Of a stretch of DNA of 64,000 bases, positions 15,310 to 27,029 are shown piece after piece. The notes beneath the pieces were generated by a model, which did no database searches, had not been told where the DNA came from, and saw only the letters and a list, made by a program, of their open reading frames with translations. Made by a program: the position numbers and the translations under genes. Numbering within the stretch: the stretch's first letter is position 1; every line of letters begins with the position of its first letter. The stretch comes from the human T2T-CHM13v2.0 reference genome, Homo sapiens. The stretch is taken from assembly GCF_009914755.1 (NCBI RefSeq), contig NC_060927.1; one strand, given 5' to 3'.

Positions 15310-15530
15310 AATAGCTAACTACAAGCCAAACACAAGTGATCCACAAACATCCTTTTACTTAATCCTCTCAAAAATCTATGAGGTAGGTGCCATAAACATC
15401 CCCATTGTGCAGGTGAGAAACTGAAACACAGGCCTCATTAGTAACTTGCCCAAGTTCACTGTGAAGTGGCACAAGTTTATTCCAGGCAATCTGGATCCCA
15501 AACCCATGCTCCTAACCCTCAGGCTACATT
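15310..15530 (-). mobile_element. MIR SINE
   Basis: 'ttaatcctctcaaaaatctatgaggtagg...ccccattgtgcaggtgagaaactgaaacacag...gtaacttgcccaagttcac'. Confidence 0.75.
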
Positions 15531-16389
15531 ACTTATCATAATTCAGAAACACAGGCTAAACAAACTTCAACATTTTCCCTTCCCATAGGACTTCTCAGAG
15601 ACTTTCAGTCATTCTTCCTCCCTCCTTCCCACTTCAGCTGTGACGTAAAACAGGTTAGGAAAGCCTTGGTGAGGCTGGGGATGTGAGGGACCCCACAAGG
15701 TACTGAGAAGAGCAGCAGGAGACATAACCTTTCCCCATCCCCTACCCCCAGCCCCTCCAGTACAGGCAGCTTTATGGTGAACACTGGGAATCAGAGAGGG
15801 AGAAGAGAGATGACTGCGGAGAGAGAAGGGCCGCTAGGGCAATCTGGGCCCACAGGAAGGGGTAGGAGATGGGGGCAGCCGGAGGTCCCATTATTTCTCT
15901 AGTGTACCTCCTCTCCTTGTGACCAGAATAAGGCATTGTTCCTTTGGTTTCTGGATCATGGGGGTCAGTCCCAGGAGTCCCAGATCCAAGGGCCCTGGGA
16001 AGGAACCAGAGTGATGGCAGGGTGGGCAAGGGCAGAAGCTCTTTACTACTCAGTATAGAAAGATGTCACTATTTTAACAACCAGCCCTGGTTTCCTTCAC
16101 ATTTCACGTATATTCAGCTCTTCAACATTTCCAAAGCCCATTCACCCTTGATCTCATTTGACTGATATAGGGTAACTCTGGGATCTCAGCAGGACAGACA
16201 TCATCATCCTCATTTTGTATATTAGGAGCCTGGGACTCAACAAGTGAGTACAAGAACTGATTCTAGAAAGGAAGTCTGAATCTGGTACTCACAGTATTGC
16301 CGCAATACTGAGGTTCCATCCAGCCTCAAGATTTGTCCTCAGCTGGAGCGTGATCACCTTACAGGAAGCAGTGGGCTCAAAGGGTGTAC

Positions 16390-16590
16390 AGTTTTGCTAT
16401 CCAGCCTTGCCACTTCCCAATTTTGGGACCTAAGCAGGTCTCTCCTCTGAGAAGTCACTCCTCTGAACCAGCGCCTCATCTGTGTGCACTGGTACCCACC
16501 TCACAAGGAGGTTGTGAAGACTGAAGAGACAATGTCAGAACATCCCCCAGTACAGGACCTGACATACACAGGAGGTAACCAAGCATGGCA
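16390..16590 (+). mobile_element. MIR SINE
   Basis: 'ccagccttgccactt...gcctcatctgtg...cccacctcacaaggaggttgtgaagactgaagagacaatg'. Confidence 0.6.
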
Positions 16591-16788
16591 CTATTCCCTC
16601 TCTGAGCCAGCCTACCTTCCTCCAATCTCTGCCCACCTTCAGATCTCATAGTATGAGTCTTAAACAACTGTCCTTCACGAGAAGTTTATTTTTAAAATAG
16701 CAGGTGAGAAAGCCAACCACAGACTGGGCCAAGATTGAAGGCCAAGTTCACACAACTAGAAAGCCCTATTTTGACAGGAAGAGGTAGG

Positions 16789-17220
16789 TGCTGTGTCTGA
16801 CTACTCAGCACCTACTTCCCCCTCCAGCACCAGCATCCCAAAGGTCCTTTGGGAACTAGTCCTCTCTCTGGGCTGCTCGAACTCACTCCCAAAGCTTAGA
16901 GATAAGCATGTGACCTGAGCAGCCAATCAAAGCTTTTTATCCTACAGGCCACAGTGATTGGCTCAGAGATGGACACATGACCTAAACCTAGCCAGTGAGA
17001 TTCCATTTGGGGTTTTTGTTGAAACTACAGGTAAAAAGTTGTTTTCCTTCCACTGGGCTTGAAGCTGGGAGGGTATAAACATGGGTATATGTGCCAGGAC
17101 CATCACATGAACAGAGCATGCCTGTGATCCAACAACAAGAATGGCAGAGCTGAGAGACAGAAAAGACAGCATGCCAAAAATGTTGTCTGAGTCCCCAAAT
17201 GCAGCCATACCTGACTCTGA
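16789..17220 (+). mobile_element. MLT1K-like MaLR LTR
   Basis: 'gcatgtgacctgagcagccaatca...ggccacagtgattggctcagagatggacacatgacct...ggcagagctgagagacag'. Confidence 0.7.
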
Positions 17221-17447
17221 GTTAAGTGTGTGCTAAAACTTAACCTAAGTAGTCCATGTCTACTTAACTTGGTTAAATAAATTCCATAATCCCACATAGC
17301 CAAAACTAAATGGAATGTAGGTTTAACACTGAGTAGTGTATATATGGATGAAGGGCAGTATCTAACCACAGGTAAGAAAAGAAAGAAGAATAGTAGAAAC
17401 CTAAAGCTGGAAACTTTCTGATATGCCCAGTACCCTACCTGAACTTA

Positions 17448-17546
17448 TACACACGAACACACACATCACACACTACCCCCAGCACATCCCACACACATAC
17501 CCATGTTCCACATAAACACACACACACACACACACCCACATACACA
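17448..17546. repeat. Degenerate (CA)n microsatellite
   Basis: Interrupted CA runs, longest at ~17516-17535. Confidence 0.85.
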
Positions 17547-18780
17547 GTTCTGGCCTGGGAGCCCACATTAATCAGACGTTGCTTGGCCTTTCCAGCTGAT
17601 CCTGCCCCTGGTCTCATTGCTCCCGTCCGCAGCCCAGCACTGCAAGCAGGCCACACTGTACCATCCCCTCTTCCCCTGTCTTGCTCCCACTAAAATTCTC
17701 TCCCCTCACCCGCTGCCTGCCATGCCTCCTCCTCTCTCAGCCCCACAGAACAGCTCTCCTACCTCAAAAAGCTGTCCCTGACTCATTTCACTCCATCCCT
17801 GCCAAGTTCCCGTCACCACTTGGCTATTTTGCACTTCCACAGAAGGAATAATTTGCACTTGCACCCTGTATGGGTTTATACATGTTTGAACATTTTTTTG
17901 TAGGCAGCATATTGAGGAGGTAAGGAGGATCATGGCAGACCAGGCTGGGTTCAAATCCAAAGGCATGTTCACACACTGTGGGACCCATGCTCTGACCCTT
18001 GGGGCCCTCATCGGTGGATAAGAGGATTTGACCTCTAGCTACCCTCCCTCCCTGTGAGCCCCTCATGAGGAATAAGAAAGAGAAGGTGTGGAAGCTCTTG
18101 TTCAACAGAAAAAGGCTGTTCATGTCAGTTGTGAAGATCAGAGTGTGTTTGGCAATGTGGCAATATTGTACCATCCTTGGGCCTCTCCTCTAAGCCCCTC
18201 TCCTTGTTCTTCTCTCTAGGCAGTTTCCTCAGTTTGGTGTATTAAATTGCCTGTCAGGAAGCTGCCCAGATAGTAGCTGGCTCAAGCAACCACAGTGTGT
18301 GAGCCTTGAGGGCCCAGGGAGTTACTGACTCTCAGGCCACCAGGCAGTTTTGGGAGGCTGAATTTCCCATTCACAGTCTATTTGGGTGGGCCACATGGAG
18401 CATGGAATACACACAGGAGTGGAAAGAGATGCCTCCACCCTCTGCCCCTCATCTTGCTAGCTCTCCATTAAGAAATCAAGAATTGCCAATCTGAATAGAG
18501 CATGCGTCCTGCATGATTTCGGTCTGGAGAGAGGTGGTCGTGTTAGCTAGCCAGGGAGATAAAGACACCAAAAACCCATTGCAAGTATTGCAGAAGTGAT
18601 CAGCAGGTGCTCTCCCATGAGACAGTGACCAGAGGAGTGTCCTTTCTCTTCCTTTCTGGGGAAGAAGCAAACCATCCACAGGAAGGATGCATCTGATAGA
18701 CACTGTGGGCTGAAGGAAGGGGATATTGGTTCTCAAATGTGTCTACACTTGTATCCACTTTCTCACCAGTTGCTCTAGTT

Positions 18781-19410
18781 TTTCATTCAATGAACAAATG
18801 TTGGCACCTGCTCTGTGCCAGGCATTGTACTAGGAGCTAGGGATGCAAAAATCAAGTAAGACCCAGTTCTCTGCTCAAAGGACGCCCACATATAGTTAGG
18901 GAGGCAGATAATTAAATCAACAACTGTGAAGTGGTGTGATGAGTATTGTGACAGAAAGTAGGAACATGGTAGGAGGACCTGTCCTTAGCCTGAGGATCCA
19001 TGGCAGGTTTGGGGGATGGAGGCAATGTTTGAACTGAGCCAGAAGTTGGAGGTGGCAAAGGGTAGGGTGGAAAGAGATTAAAAAATAAATAAAAAGTGAC
19101 ACCTTCCCTGAGGGAATTCTAATCTTGCTGAGTAGGAGCAATGAGATGAGGAAGAGGAAGAGGGCTCAAGAAGTATTGCAGAGACAGGGAGGGATGAGAG
19201 AGCAAACTTAATGAAGATTGGCAAGTAAGTTGTAATGCCTGGAGCAAAAGGTCCCATAAGAGAGAGGAGCCAAGGATGCCAGCAGCCCTGTCATGCTGGG
19301 CCTGTGTGCTGAGCTAAGGAGTTTGGGCTTTATTCTGAAAACTGCAGGCAGCTCCTGAAGGCGGGAGGTGACATGATCAGATATAAAATGTTCAAGTAGT
19401 GATTGTTGAG
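18781..19410 (-). mobile_element. L2 LINE 3' region
   Basis: 'cattcaatgaacaaatgttggcacctgctctgtgccaggcattgtactagg...aaggagtttgggctttattct...gtgacatgatcagat'. Confidence 0.75.
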
Positions 19411-19636
19411 AATCGGGAACACTAATTCTTTGCCAAAGAGGAAGGCTGAGCAGGATGAAGTAAGTCCTCAAGGCATTAATAGTCTAGTGGAAAAGACACC
19501 AGGGAGAGCTCTCTTTCCTGATTTACCTCCTGTGTCTGAAGCCTCTTCTTCTCTTTCTTTTTTTCCTCTACTGACTTCATAAATGTTTATTTTCTTTCGG
19601 ATTCTATCCTGGACCTTCTTCTGGGCTCTCCTCACT

Positions 19637-19824
19637 CAATGGTTCTCAAAGTCCTGGCTAGCGACCAGCAGCATTAGCATCATCCAGGAACTTGTTAGAA
19701 ATGCACATTCTTGAGCCCCACACAGACCTACTGAATTAGAAACCTTGGTGGTGAGACCTAGCTACCTGTAGTTCAACAAGCCCTCCAGGTGATTCTAACG
19801 CACACTCAAGTTCAAGGACGACTG
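19637..19824. mobile_element. MER5A (hAT-Charlie MITE)
   Basis: 'caatggttctcaaagt...accagcagcattagcatcatccaggaacttgttagaaatgca...aacaagccctccaggtgattct'. Confidence 0.85.
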
Positions 19825-19829
19825 ATTTA

Positions 19830-19989
19830 CATCAATCCTGGCTACATGTTACAATCACCTGGGAAACTGTTTTGACCTATATATATGCGTGCCTTGGTCT
19901 CACCACAGACCAATTAAATTAGAATCTCAGTGCAGGGCCCAGGGACCAGAGATTCAGATATGCACCCAGGGTTGAGACAAAAACCACTG
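19830..19989. mobile_element. MER5B-like MITE
   Basis: 'caatcctggctacatgttacaatcacctggg...cagggttgaga...aaccactg'. Confidence 0.7.
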
Positions 19990-19996
19990 GCCTAGA

Positions 19997-20143
19997 GCAA
20001 CGCTTCTCTGACTTTAACATGCCCATAAATGCCCTGGGGGTGTTTTTAAAATTCAGATTGTGACTGGTGAGAACAAGATTCTGCTTTTCTAACTAGGTGA
20101 TGTCAATGCTGCTGGTCTATAGACTTCATTTTCAGTAATGAGG
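19997..20143. mobile_element. MER5A1-like MITE
   Basis: 'gcttctctgactttaacatgcccataaat...aggtgatgtcaatgctgctggtct...ttttcagtaatgagg'. Confidence 0.65.
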
Positions 20144-20947
20144 GTCTACCTTCCCAGTTTCCTTGGACTCTCAGCTTCATCTACCAATTGTGTGTTAGTA
20201 ACACTACCCAGACCTAGTCCCCACCTCTCTTGAGCTCCTAACCTGTAAGAAATACTTCCAGTTGGAGAACCCACTCACACCTCAAATTCAACACTCTCTA
20301 ATTCACCTCATCCTATCCACCCTCTCTCAGATTTCTACTCACCTTGGATGCTTACTAGCTCATTAAGCCAGTCTGTTCACCCAAACCAGGATAGACCATG
20401 TCCTGAAGCCAAAACAGGACAGAGTTTTAAGAAGATATTCCCCTAAATGGTCAACCCAAATCCCGAGGCTCTTGGGCCATCCCCTTACCTGAGAACTCTA
20501 GCCCCTTGCAAAGAATACCCTCCCCTCATATTTGTGAGATTTCCGAGAGAGGCTTTGGGTGAGCCCTTGGGGGCTCTGCCACTACTCTGAATGATGACAA
20601 AACAAAAGGTCATTGGATACGAGAGTAAAAGGGTCCCAGGGAACTTTAGGGGAAGAGACATTGGAGTATTGGGAATTTCTTGAACTTAACCTTCCTGGTA
20701 TTAAGGCTAGCATGTTTGCATATACGAATGTGAGCTCAGGCTCCCAGCCTCTGCAGGGTTTCTGAGGATGGGCTACAGGTGGCCCAGCCCCTGCCAGCTC
20801 TGAGAGAGAAGCAATGTGGGCTGAACAGCCAATGTACCTGACCTCAGTCCCACTGAGTCCCCAGCACCTCCAGCCACTCTCCATGCAACAGTTTAGAGGC
20901 CATGTTCTCGTGGCACCCTTCTCTGGGGCTTCAAAAACTCAAACATC

Positions 20948-21041
20948 AGTTTTTGAGGACAATCCTGATTTACTCCTTCTGTCCCAACATTATTATCAAC
21001 AGTGACTGGCACCAGACATGGAGATGTGCTACTCAGATACT
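20948..21041 (+). repeat. 94-bp dispersed direct duplicate of 22107-22200
   Basis: Aligned by eye: 91/94 identical, no indels, offset 1159 bp. Confidence 0.95.
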
Positions 21042-21089
21042 GGTATCTGAGTCTCCATCCCTATTAAAACATGGTGGCAAGAACAAAGC

Positions 21090-21455
21090 TTAGTACTTGA
21101 CTTCCCAGATGTAGGAGAAGGGATGCACAGGGAGGATCCTCATTTCCTGTGATCTGAATGACATCTCGCTAATGCAGCCTAAAATTGTATCCCCTCATTC
21201 TCACCTCATGTCATCTCTGATGGATCTCATTACCAGAAAACTGCATTCAGGCAAGGTCTCCTCCAGCTGGCACTTGTACAATTGATGCTTTTGAACCTAA
21301 ATGTAGAAATTTACATATGTCTCTGTTAACTTTCATCTTTTTGGTTCAGCCCCCATTCTAGTCTATCAAAATCACTTTGAACCTCTATTGTATCTTCAGT
21401 TGCAGAATTTTCCTTTCCAACTTTCTATTATCTACAGATTCAATAAGCATGTCTG
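21090..21455 (-). mobile_element. CR1/L3 LINE fragment
   Basis: 'taatgcagcctaaaattg...cacttgtacaattgat...gaacctaaatgtagaaatttacat...tctgttaactttcatctt' resembles antisense CR1 RT. Confidence 0.65.
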
Positions 21456-21619
21456 AGTTATGCTGTGTTCAAGGAACTCTGGACTCAGGAGTCAGGGAGA
21501 TAGGCACTAGTCGTAACCTTCTATGTGACTATTGGAAAGTTATATAACTTCTCTGGATCTCAGTGACATGACCTCTAGAAATCCTGCTAGCTCAAAATTC
21601 CACAAGTTCAGGCCCTGCA

Positions 21620-21985
21620 AGCAAACCTCTTGGTTTAAAACCCAGCTCTACCACTTACATGATGTATGACCTTGAATAAGCCACATAACCTCCCTGTGCC
21701 TGTTTCCTCATTGTAAAATGAGTGATATTATAATACCAGTATAATCAAATAAGCATATAATATTACATATAAGCTTATATTATAAATGTTCTATATTGTA
21801 TATTATTTCTAAGTATATGTATTATATGTAAGTATATAATTATAGTAAGTATATATGTGTAATTTATAATAACTATGATAATAGTATCTGCCTTTTGAAG
21901 TCATTAGAATTAAATGAATGAATTTATATAAAATGCTCAGCTCATGCCTGGCATATAAATAAGCGGTCAATGAATGTTGGCTATA
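21620..21985 (+). mobile_element. MIR SINE with an internal AT-rich low-complexity expansion (~21740-21880)
   Basis: 'cccagctctaccactt...tgtatgaccttgaataag...tgtttcctcattgtaaaatg', a TA-rich tract, then 'aaatgctcagctcatgcctggcatataaataagcggtcaatgaatg'. Confidence 0.75.
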
Positions 21986-22089
21986 TTAGTCAAGACAAGC
22001 AACTGGTTAAAGAAAAGAATTAACAGAATAGGAGCAAGACAGAATAAGACTAAATCCAAGCCTGAATTCTATAAAAGTCTTCTGAAATA

Positions 22090-22601
22090 TGGTGACCAGA
22101 TGTCCTAGTTTTTGAGGACAATCCTGATTTACTCCTTCTGTCCCAACATTATTATCAACAGTGACTGGCGCCAGACACAGAGATGTGCTACTCAGATACT
22201 CACTCAAGGAAGGACTTGCTGGCCTCCTGCAAGGAATGTGGTTACCTACAGCTGTTGCATCCCCCAAGACCACTTTAGCTTTTGAGCCAGTCATCCTGGC
22301 CAATGACTGAGCAAGTTAGTACAAGGACCCAGACATTTCCACCCAATAAAGTCTTCTTCTAATAGTCAGCATTGGCTCCAGAGCTCCCCACTGGACTGAA
22401 AAGACTCTGGCAGGTCTGCCTTGTGCTTTCACAGCACCCCACCACCACCTCATTCTACTTCCTCCTTCACTTTTCTTTCACTTCCTCTCCAATAAACCTT
22501 TTGCCCTCTTGTCTCATGTCTGCTTCGCAAAGGACTCAGCTGACTCATCTCCTTCTACTCTCAAAAATGAACCCATGTACATGATGTTAGATGTTCACCC
22601 T
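22090..22601. mobile_element. MER94-like (hAT-Blackjack) MITE split by an LTR16 insertion
   Basis: TIR-like ends ggtgaccagatgtcc (22091) and gatgttcaccct (22601); arms at ~22090-22165 and ~22546-22601. Confidence 0.7.
22166..22545 (+). mobile_element. LTR16C-like ERVL solo LTR
   Basis: 'gagatgtgctactcagat...tcctggccaatgactgagc...gctccagagctcccca...caataaaccttttg...tctgcttc'. Confidence 0.7.
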
Positions 22602-22809
22602 ATCTAGAGACCTTTAACATTGCCCCCACCCCTACTTCAACATCAGGACTCTCACAATGACATAATATGTGAAACACACATTTTTTCCTCTGAATCATGG
22701 AGATAATGTGTGACTGCAAGGTCTCTGATATGCTCAAGCCAGGCTTACACAGGTATGACCTCTCCCCTGATCTGTCTACCTGGAAGATTATAATAGAAGC
22801 TCTGACCAA

Positions 22810-22965
22810 CATATGAAGTTAATTTGACAAAACTTAGTAACCTGTGGTGAGTTCTAATGATCGCAACATCTTTCCTAAGTTTTCATAAACCAGGTGTTTA
22901 ATACTCCATTATAGGGATTTTTCTGGCATCAAATCTGTGGCCTTAGTTCACATCTCCCAGTTCTT
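22810..22965 (-). mobile_element. CR1/L3 fragment
   Basis: Degenerate antisense CR1 RT-like sequence, collinear with 21090-21455. Confidence 0.4.
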
Positions 22966-23998
22966 TCTGCAGGGCATATATAGTTTGTTCTCCTGGCTGG
23001 AGGCTCTCACCCTTCCTTACCCCTCTCAGTCCTCAGTGCTACCTTCATACCTTCATCTTTATGGTCCTATCATTGCCAGCCTGTAGGGAGAACTGCATAG
23101 CTCCAGGCCACTGGATTCACAGTCCAGCTCTGCAGCTCTTCCTTGGCCAGAAGTGGGCCTCCTCTTGAATCTTCTCTGCCTCCTTTCCCCTGGGCCCCTG
23201 TGCCCCACTCCTCCATCCTGTCCTCACAGTCTTCCCCCACCTTCCAAGCTCCCCTGCTCTCCTGCTAGTCCAGCCTACTCTCGGGGTCTAAATCAAGCTC
23301 CATGCCCCTCATGAGGCCTCCCCCAGCCCCACGACAACCACAGTGACTAAATACAACTGACCTAGTCCAGCAAACACAACCAAGCTTCACCTGCAGGCCA
23401 TGCAACCCGCTGGGCAGCTCTGCCACCCCTGGCTGTTTCCTGAACTCCCAGTAAGCTCCTGTCAGTGTGAGGCCCTGCCCACTTAAGGCAGCTGGCCCCA
23501 GTGGAGTAATGGACCAGGGGACAGAGTGGGGAGGTGGAGGCATCCCCACCTCCTGAACTCCCTGTAAGCTCCTTTTCTTGATGACAGGTGGTTCTGCTGT
23601 GCTGGTGGCTCTTCCAAGGCCCATGGCTTCCCTTGTCCATATCCTGGTACTGACCAATAATGTCCTCCAGTCCCACCACATCCAGAGCCCAGAGAGATGG
23701 CCTGGCACCTCACTGCCTCCCTGCTGGAAGGTGCTAAGCCTTGGCAGGTCCTTTCAGGGAGAACATAAAGAAGAGGTAGAGGGCTAGAAAGTCAAATGCC
23801 CACTTCTTGCTGTGGTGAAATTACCTCATGAACAGAGCAGGTAGGGTTCAAACAACCCTGTTCCTTTTTTGGCAGGCATGGGTAGTTTTCTCTTGCTTAC
23901 TTGCTACAGACTTGCTTACTTTGCCATCTACAAAGAGTAAATAAATTCTTTCTAGCCTTTTCTCGTTCACTCACTTATTGTGTAATATGTTCGGTGCT

Positions 23999-24345
<347 letters not shown>

Positions 24346-24514
24346 TCAGGGCCCAGAATCTAATTACTCTGTTAGCCTCTGAAAGCATCTTAGTGTCACT
24401 CCCTCCTTCCTTCAAATCTTAAATCACCTACTAGTAAGCACATCATGAGACTCTCTATCAGTAGATCCTGAGAAAATCGTTCTTCAGGAGAGAGTAACGA
24501 TAGCTCAATAATAA

Positions 24515-24790
24515 TATTCATTCATTCGTTTATTTATTGGGCACACAAATATTTATTGGGTACTTATTACGTGCCAGGCACTGTGCCAATCAAAACAAAC
24601 TTTAGCCCTGCATAGTTTAATGTCTGAGAGAGACATTAAACAAATTGGCCCACTAGTAAGCTTATCATCACAAACGGAGGAAAGTGCTTGGAAGAAAAGA
24701 AAAGGTTGTGAAAGACAGAGGATACCAGGATTGGCTTGTCAGGAAGGTCTCAAAGCTGAGCCCTGAGGGACAAGCAGGGTTGATTGGGAG
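24515..24790 (-). mobile_element. L2 3' end
   Basis: 'attcattcattc...caaatatttattgggtacttattacgtgccaggcactgtg'. Confidence 0.7.
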
Positions 24791-25509
24791 AGGATGGAGG
24801 GCCTCTCACCCCCTACTTGCTCTCTTCCTCCACTCCTGGCATGCCCTCTTCTTCCACCATGCTCAGGACCCAAAACAGAGAGCCTCTTCCAACCACTGCC
24901 TTGAGTGCTCTCTCCTCTCTTCAAAGTGCTGATCTCAGCCCAGGGGCAGATGATTACCCCCAAGGTGAGTTTTGTGGCATTCTCTGACTTCCTAAGAGCC
25001 AGTTCATCATAGCATATGCAGAAGTATGCTATCAAGCTCAGGAGAGGGCGGGTAGGTAGCAACGGCCCTACCCCCAGCAACCAGGGACTGCTGTACCACT
25101 GCAGGAGCAGAGAGCTTCCAGACAGGGGCTTTGGAATGGCTACATTAAGAATGATTGTGGCAATAAAGTTCTATTAGCCATCTGGAGCAATCGCATGCTC
25201 TCCAGGGCCAGGCGCTTGGTTGCTGATGGCTGCCAACAGATGTGGGCAGAAAGAGGCTCCCAGAGATGGGGATGGCTGACTGTCTGGAATGGAGGTCAGT
25301 TAGAGGGGGACTCCAGCAGTGGCACCCAGCTAAAGCACTCTGCATGAATTCTGTTTCCATTTTAGATATGATCCTTAAGACATGTGAGGGATATTAACAT
25401 TTAAACAGATTGCCTTTCCATGAGCAAATCTAAAAGATACATATGAGGTATCAGGGATTAACAGGAAAGCTCCCTCCTCCCCAGGCTGACTCTTCCACGA
25501 GGGTTACGT

Positions 25510-25680
25510 CATTTGGAGTCAAGCAAATTCATGTTCAAACTCTGCATTTAATTGGTTGTGTGACCTTGGGACTTGCATAAAATCTCTGAGCCTCATTTTC
25601 TCTCTTATAAAATGAATACAATAACTCCTATCTTTACCGGCTTCTGGGAAGATGAAATCAAATGGAGGAAGTAGAGCACC
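25510..25680 (+). mobile_element. MIR SINE
   Basis: 'ggagtcaag...ttgtgtgaccttggg...ctctgagcctcattttctctcttataaaatg'. Confidence 0.7.
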
Positions 25681-25884
25681 TCACCCTACCCATGCCCTGT
25701 CAAGGCTCCAGCTGTGGTCTTGGCCAGGGGTGAACAGGAATGTAGTTGGGGCTGACTAATGAAGGAGAAGCCCTGGTGTCCCCCTCCCAATTCAGGTACT
25801 TCCGTCCCACAGCAAAGACCCAGTTATTCTTTGGCCCATGCACTTCTCAAGAAAGTATGTTGTACTTCCATCCCCCATCTTGTG

Positions 25885-26000
25885 AGAGCAAATTAACAGG
25901 AGCACAAACACAGGTGTCACTATGATTTATGGAGTAATTAATAAACAATTAAGGTGTCTTGGAGCACAATCGCACATTTTATTTCAGCAGCCCTGCATGG
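25885..26000. promoter_or_regulatory. Candidate developmental enhancer core
   Basis: Repeat-free; TGTCA at 25915 next to TGATTTATGG (25923-25932), TAATTAAT, TAAACAAT and two AGGTGT sites within ~50 bp; motif inference only. Confidence 0.4.
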
Positions 26001-27029
26001 CGATAGCTTGGCTTGCCCACAGTCAGTGTTGCGGACAGCACCTGGCCCATAGTTGTGGGTGATCTAGAAGGATGTGTGGCTTTTATGTAAAGCCAGCATG
26101 GGGGGTAGGCACTGCCTGAGAGGCGTAAAGTCAAATGCACTGTTGTCAAAAGCAGCCAGCCCTAAGCCTGCACTTCACTGTGTTAGGTCTCTGCATGGGC
26201 TCTGCACCACCCTGGGGGTGGAGAAGCTCCTCTGGAAGATCTGCTCACAGGCTGCTGGTGAGGCACACAGACCCCCTTGTTGCTACCTGTCACTGCTGTA
26301 AGCACACTCCCGAGGCTGGTGTGCAGACCTGTTTCTAACCAGGGCCACCTGCCTGTGTCCTGCACAGGAAGAGACACTATTGGTCCCCTCCTTTCCTGGG
26401 GATAGCAACTTACCCCAGAAACAAGCTTCCCCCTGTAGCCAACAAGACTCCTTCCTTTTGCCCCCACCCAAGCCAGTATACCAGGTTCCCTCCCCTTGGA
26501 GGCACTGCCACAGGACGCTGTGGGCATCCTCCCATCTGCCTCTCCCCACATTACATCAAGTTCCATCTCTAAGCCTTGTCTACATACCTCCTAAACATGG
26601 CTCCAACCTGCCCACTCTACCCCCACCCCCACCACTCCTCTGCCCTCCTCTTCAGCCTATGGTGAACCTCTCTCCTGGTCCCTCTGTGTACCACACTGGA
26701 CACAAATACTGTCCCTGCTAGGCCAACTCAACTCTTCCTGTCTCCTCTGATGTGTTGGGGCACCGCCTCATGACCCATCCACCCCTACCCTCACTGACCA
26801 CCCAACCTAGCCCCTCCTTCCACTAGTCCCAGTTGACATTCTCACTGCTCACTCCTTTCCCCAACCCAAATTCAAACCCATTGGAGAGAATCCAGTTTTC
26901 TGGTCTCTTTTTCCAAGAAGACTTCCCCCGTCAATCTCTTCCACCCTGATCACCCTAAAGCCTGCAAACAGGGTCAGCAAGCACTATGCCTGGTTTTTGT
27001 TTTTTTGCTTGCTGTACTTGTTTGTGGAG

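Noticed and set aside
21740-21880. AT-rich tract as a structured array
   Set aside because: Irregular, degenerate (TA)-type low complexity inside a MIR with no consistent unit.
20948-22200. The 94-bp repeats as LTRs or terminal repeats of a novel element
   Set aside because: The repeat spans a junction of two older elements, has no TG...CA ends or TSD, and the interior is ordinary CR1/MIR sequence.
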